This document shows positions 59,876 through 64,000 of a DNA stretch of 64,000 bases, in pieces; the first letter of the stretch is position 1, and each line of letters opens with the position of its first letter. Made by a program: the position numbers and the translations under genes. Source of the stretch: Octopus sinensis (Eukaryota); contig NC_043014.1 in the NCBI RefSeq assembly GCF_006345805.1, positions 45,942,001 through 46,006,000 of the forward strand, in the 5' to 3' direction. A model generated the notes under the pieces. That model made no database searches, was not told the origin of the DNA, and worked only from the letters and a program-made list of their open reading frames with translations.

Positions 59876-60298
59876 GGATCTTTTCGGTTTGACCGGCAGT
59901 TTTTAAAAATAATTTCTAGGTAACTAAACACTTTTAAAACTTCGTATACTGGTAGAATGTGTTTATAAAACATCTTTTTCTCTTGGCTTTATTGAGAAAA
60001 TTCTATAGCTTGTAAGATATTTGTTGTTTTTTTCTTCAATTTCTGCAATTTCAACTAATCACTGACGTCTATTGAGGTAAAAAAAAAACATTCTGTGCCG
60101 TATGAATATGTCCCTCGTTTAAGAAACAGAGTGGGTTTATTTACATTTGTGAAGGAAAAAAAGATAACATTCCCCCACCCCTAACCTTAACCCTAAAACA
60201 AATTGAAATGCAATAGATCGATACTAGGGTCAAATATTATGGGTGACAATTTCATATGACACCGCTAAAAAAAACTGCCGTTCAAACAGAAAAGATCC
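59876..60298 (+). mobile_element. MITE-D flanked by a ~50-bp direct duplication
   Basis: GAGTCCCT...GATGTTTGTTT.TAT at 59826-59875 and 60299-60347. Confidence 0.92.
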
Positions 60299-60619
60299 GA
60301 GTCCCTAAGAGCATCGGACAAAGTACAACAGTGATGTTTGTTTATATGGCTTGACGTTCTCAGTTCAAATTCCGCCCAAATTAATTCTTGCTTTTCCGCT
60401 TTCCGAGTTTGATATAAATAAATAAATAAACAAATAAAGCATCGTACGAAGCACTGGGGTTCCCTGCATAGCGAGGAAGGAAACTACAATACCTGAAGCC
60501 CTTTATTATTCAGGGCCACCGAGATTGGTGGAAGGGAAGGGCAGTAGCCATCCTGAAACTTAAGAACCTGGTTTCCCAATGCTTGGTAACTCTGCTATAA
60601 ATGCACCCAAGCACCTTTT

Positions 60620-60851
60620 TCTTTTACTCTTTTACTCGTTTCAGCCATTTGACTGTGGCCATGCTGGAGCACCGCCTTTAGTCGAGCAACTCGACCCCGG
60701 GACTTATTCTTTGTAAGCCTAGTACTTACTTATTCTATCGGTCACTTATGCCGAACCGCTAAGTTACGGGGACGTAAGCACACCAGCATCGGTTGTCAAG
60801 CGATGTTGGGGGGGACAAACACAGACACACAAACATATACATACACAGACG

Positions 60852-60931
<80 letters not shown>

Positions 60932-61097
60932 TACGACAGGCTTCTTTCGGTTTCCGTCTACCAAATCCACTCGCAAGGCTTTGGTCGGCCCGAGGCTATA
61001 GTAGAAGGCACTTGCCCAAGGTTCTACGCAGTGGGACTGAAGCCGGAACCATGTGGTTCGTAAGCAAGCTACTTATCACACAGCCCCTCCGACGCCT
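60620..61097 (-). mobile_element. SINE-A
   Basis: Full layout with a long internal TA tract. Confidence 0.88.
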
Positions 61098-61488
61098 AAA
61101 TATGTTTTGCATTCAGTCCTCACGCAATTTGCGGCGAGTCAAACACTTATATTATCTTAGGGGGGGTCCTCCGCTGATTTTTCCACAGACGCGTGTACCC
61201 TTAATGTGATTCTCAGGCCGATAACGTTTGACACAATATCGTGACAGGACTGGATCAGTGAATTACACCTCCAATCTACCTGTCTCGATTTCACTCACAA
61301 GGGTTGGCTTGGCCCGAAGGGTTATGGTAAAGGGCACTTGTTTGCGCACGATGTGAGATCGAACTATGCACTGCAAAGCGAATTTCTACATCACTATCAT
61401 ATTTTATACGTACGTCTACAAACATATACACAAATGTAGATGATAGAGAAAGAAGGGCTTATAATGATCCTTGGTGTGGTTGTTGGAA

Positions 61489-61790
61489 GGCGGCGAGCTG
61501 GCAGAAACGTTAGCACGCCCAGCGAAAAGCTAAGCGGTTTTTCGTCTGCCGTTACGTTCTGAGTTCAAATTCCGCCGAGGTCGACTTTGCCTTTCATCCT
61601 TTCGGAGTCGATTAAATAAGTACCAGTTACGCACTGGAGTCGATATAATCGTTTGTCCGTCCTTGTTTGTCCTCTCTGTATTTAAGCCCCTTGTGGGTAA
61701 AGAAATAGGTATTTCGTCAGCCTTTACGTTCTGAGTTCAAACTCCGCCGAGGTCGACTTTGCTTTTCATCCCTTCGGGGTCGATAAATTT
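61489..61790 (+). mobile_element. SINE-B, head + 1.5 bodies
   Basis: Junction AAAGAAATAGGTATTTCG at ~61700; truncated against a MITE-D fragment. Confidence 0.87.
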
Positions 61791-62027
61791 CAACCAATCA
61801 ATGACGTCTATTGAAGGTGAAAACATTCTGTGCTGTATGAATATGTCCCTCGTTTAAGAAACAGATTGGGTTTATTTACATTTGTGATTTAAAAAAAAGA
61901 TACCTTTCCCCCACCCCTAACCCTAAAAGAGATTGAAATGCAATAGATCGATACTAGGGTCATAATTATGGGTGACAATTTCATATGACACCGCTAGAAA
62001 AAACTGCCGTTCAAACCGAAAAGATCC
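61790..62027 (+). mobile_element. MITE-D right half
   Basis: From TTTCAACCAATCAATGAC to TIR GAAAAGATCC. Confidence 0.88.
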
Positions 62028-62250
62028 GAGTCCCACAAAATTTCGGACCTTGTGCCTAGAGTAGAAAAGAATTCTTAAAAGTAAAATAGAAGATATTGAG
62101 GGAAATTTCACCACTATTTCTAGCAGACCGAGAAACCGCAGGTGAGCCCATATCAACGTATTTTTTTGCGTCTCTGTTTCACTGGGGAAGGGCCGACCCC
62201 CGAAACGTCTGCATTCGCCCGCAAAACTCACCACAAACTTTAATATACAT

Positions 62251-62414
62251 AGGCGCAGGAGTGGCTGTGTGGTAAGTAGCTTGCTAACCAACCACATGGT
62301 TCTGGGTTCAGTCCCACTGCGTGGCATCTTGGGCAAGTGCCTTCTGCTATAGCCCCGGGCCGACCAAAGCCTTGTGAGTGGATTTGGTAGACGGAAACTG
62401 AAAGAAGCCTGTCG

Positions 62415-62449
<35 letters not shown>

Positions 62450-62670
62450 ATATGTTTGTGTGTCTGTGTTTGTCCCTCTAGCATTGCTTGACAACCGATG
62501 CTGGTGTATTTACGTCCCCGTCACATAGCGGTTCGGCAAAAGATACGGATATAATAAGTACTGGGCTTACAAAGAATAAGTCCCGGGGTCGATTTGCTCG
62601 ACTAAAGGCGGTGCTCAAGCATGGCCGCAGTCAAATGACTGAAACAAGTAAAAGAGTAAAGGAGAGTAAG
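62251..62670 (+). mobile_element. SINE-A, full length
   Basis: GGCGCAGGAG start; TATACATA present on both flanks. Confidence 0.9.
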
Positions 62671-63274
62671 AGTATACATACATGTGAATGATAAAGCCAG
62701 GGGTTTTATTGAAATTCAGTGAGATGCAAATGTAGTCGGTGAGGGTCACTGCGTGGCAGAGAAAGCAGAAGTCAAGGAAAAGCAGGAGATTTTCTTTGGC
62801 AAGAATTCTTCCAAGTGAAGCATGTGTTACGAATTTTGGTCATGAGAGTGAGGGGGGAGAAAGTGAAGGAAGAGAGAGAGAGAGTAAACGAGGAAGAAAC
62901 GGTGATAACCAAAGGGGAGAAGGATCAGTGAGAGTGAGAGAGAGAGAAAGAAAGAGAGGGCGAGACAGGAGGAGAAGGCTCACGGCACGAACACGTGCAG
63001 TTCCATTAGAATAGAGAAAGGGCAGGAGGAGAGATAGAGACAGAGAAGCGACGGGGTGGCATACAGATGTGAGTTTAAGGGAGAGGAAGAGCGTAAATGG
63101 ATAAACGAAGGGGGTTATGGATAGATAAAGGGATATATATATATATATATATACGATATCCTTTAAGATGGTGCCCCAGCATGGCCGCGGCCTTCGGGCT
63201 TAAACATTTTAAAGGATTTATATATATATACATATATATACATATATATATATATTTATATATTAAAGGATATT

Positions 63275-63441
63275 TGCGTTCTGAGTTCAAATTCCGACGA
63301 GGTCGACTTTGCCTTTCATCCTTTCGGGGGGTCGATAAATTAAGTACCAGTTACGCACTGGAGTCGATATAATCGATTTAGTCCCTTTGTCTGTTCTTGT
63401 TTGTCCCCCTCTGTGCTTAGCCCCTTGTGGGTAGTAAAGAA
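63275..63441 (+). mobile_element. SINE-B body in TA microsatellite, facing a short minus-strand B tail (63508-63560)
   Basis: GTTCTGAGTTCAAATTCC...GTAAAGAAATA followed by (TA)n and TATTTCTTTACTACCC. Confidence 0.83.
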
Positions 63442-64000
63442 ATATATATACATATACATATATATACATATATATATATATATATTATATATATATATAT
63501 ATATATATTTCTTTACTACCCACAAGGGGCTAAGCACAGAGGGGACAAACAAAGACAGACATATATATATTAAAGGATATTGTACACATACATATACACA
63601 CAAAGACACACACATACATACATACAAAAGAATATTTTTCGAATTGAAAATCAAAATACATTTTGATGGATATTATTAGTTCATAAATGAAATGGACAAA
63701 GTGTAACAACACTGGAAAAAAGTGCTTCGACAAAAACGTCTGAGTTCCATAGAAGACATGTATTATATGTAGACAAAATAAATTGCAAAATGAATACCAA
63801 AATCAATTTAGTAGAAGTACAATAAACCTATATACATATATACACATGCCCGTACTATGAGATGTGCGAGAAATAAAAGTGGGGGTTACTAAAACAGAAA
63901 TTTAGAAAACGCAAAGAAGGAAGAAATGGCGAAATGAGTAGGAAAAAAAAGGCCAAAACAATAGAAAATATATTTATGGAGAAAAGCGATGTGAATATTG

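Noticed and set aside
62180-62215. CTGGGGAA-GGG..CCC-GAAACGTC hammerhead-like string
   Set aside because: Core too degenerate, helix I only ~2 bp, and single copy.

Overview
Eukaryotic, repeat-saturated non-coding DNA. The SINE families resemble, from memory, the tRNA-derived SINEs of octopus/coleoid cephalopods, so the taxon is an inference. No protein-coding gene, rRNA, bona fide tRNA, CRISPR array or autonomous transposon ORF is recognisable. Nearly all ORFs in the supplied track are translations of microsatellites or SINE/MITE sequence, and only a few low-confidence exon candidates sit in unique DNA near 25.8-26.5 and 33.4 kb. Contents: (i) four or more tRNA-headed SINE families, here labelled A, B, C and H, plus an old (CAA)n-tailed family F; (ii) GG-ended MITEs with 8-bp TSDs (Merlin-like), hAT and Tc1/mariner MITEs, foldback elements and three non-autonomous Helitrons; (iii) Penelope-like relics carrying minimal hammerhead-ribozyme motifs; (iv) large micro-, mini- and satellite arrays. 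The most interesting signals are: SINE-B appears to insert into a fixed site inside other copies of itself, building head+(184 bp)n multimers (a clean nested case with a 16-bp TSD at 31.2-31.7 kb); MITE-D is repeatedly associated with 13-95 bp flanking duplications, tandem amplification and inverted copies of its flank; a locally templated inverted insertion lands at the SINE-B hotspot; and a 1.57-kb duplication has a visible hybrid-SINE crossover. Coordinates were read by eye and repeat boundaries are approximate unless a TSD or TIR is quoted.
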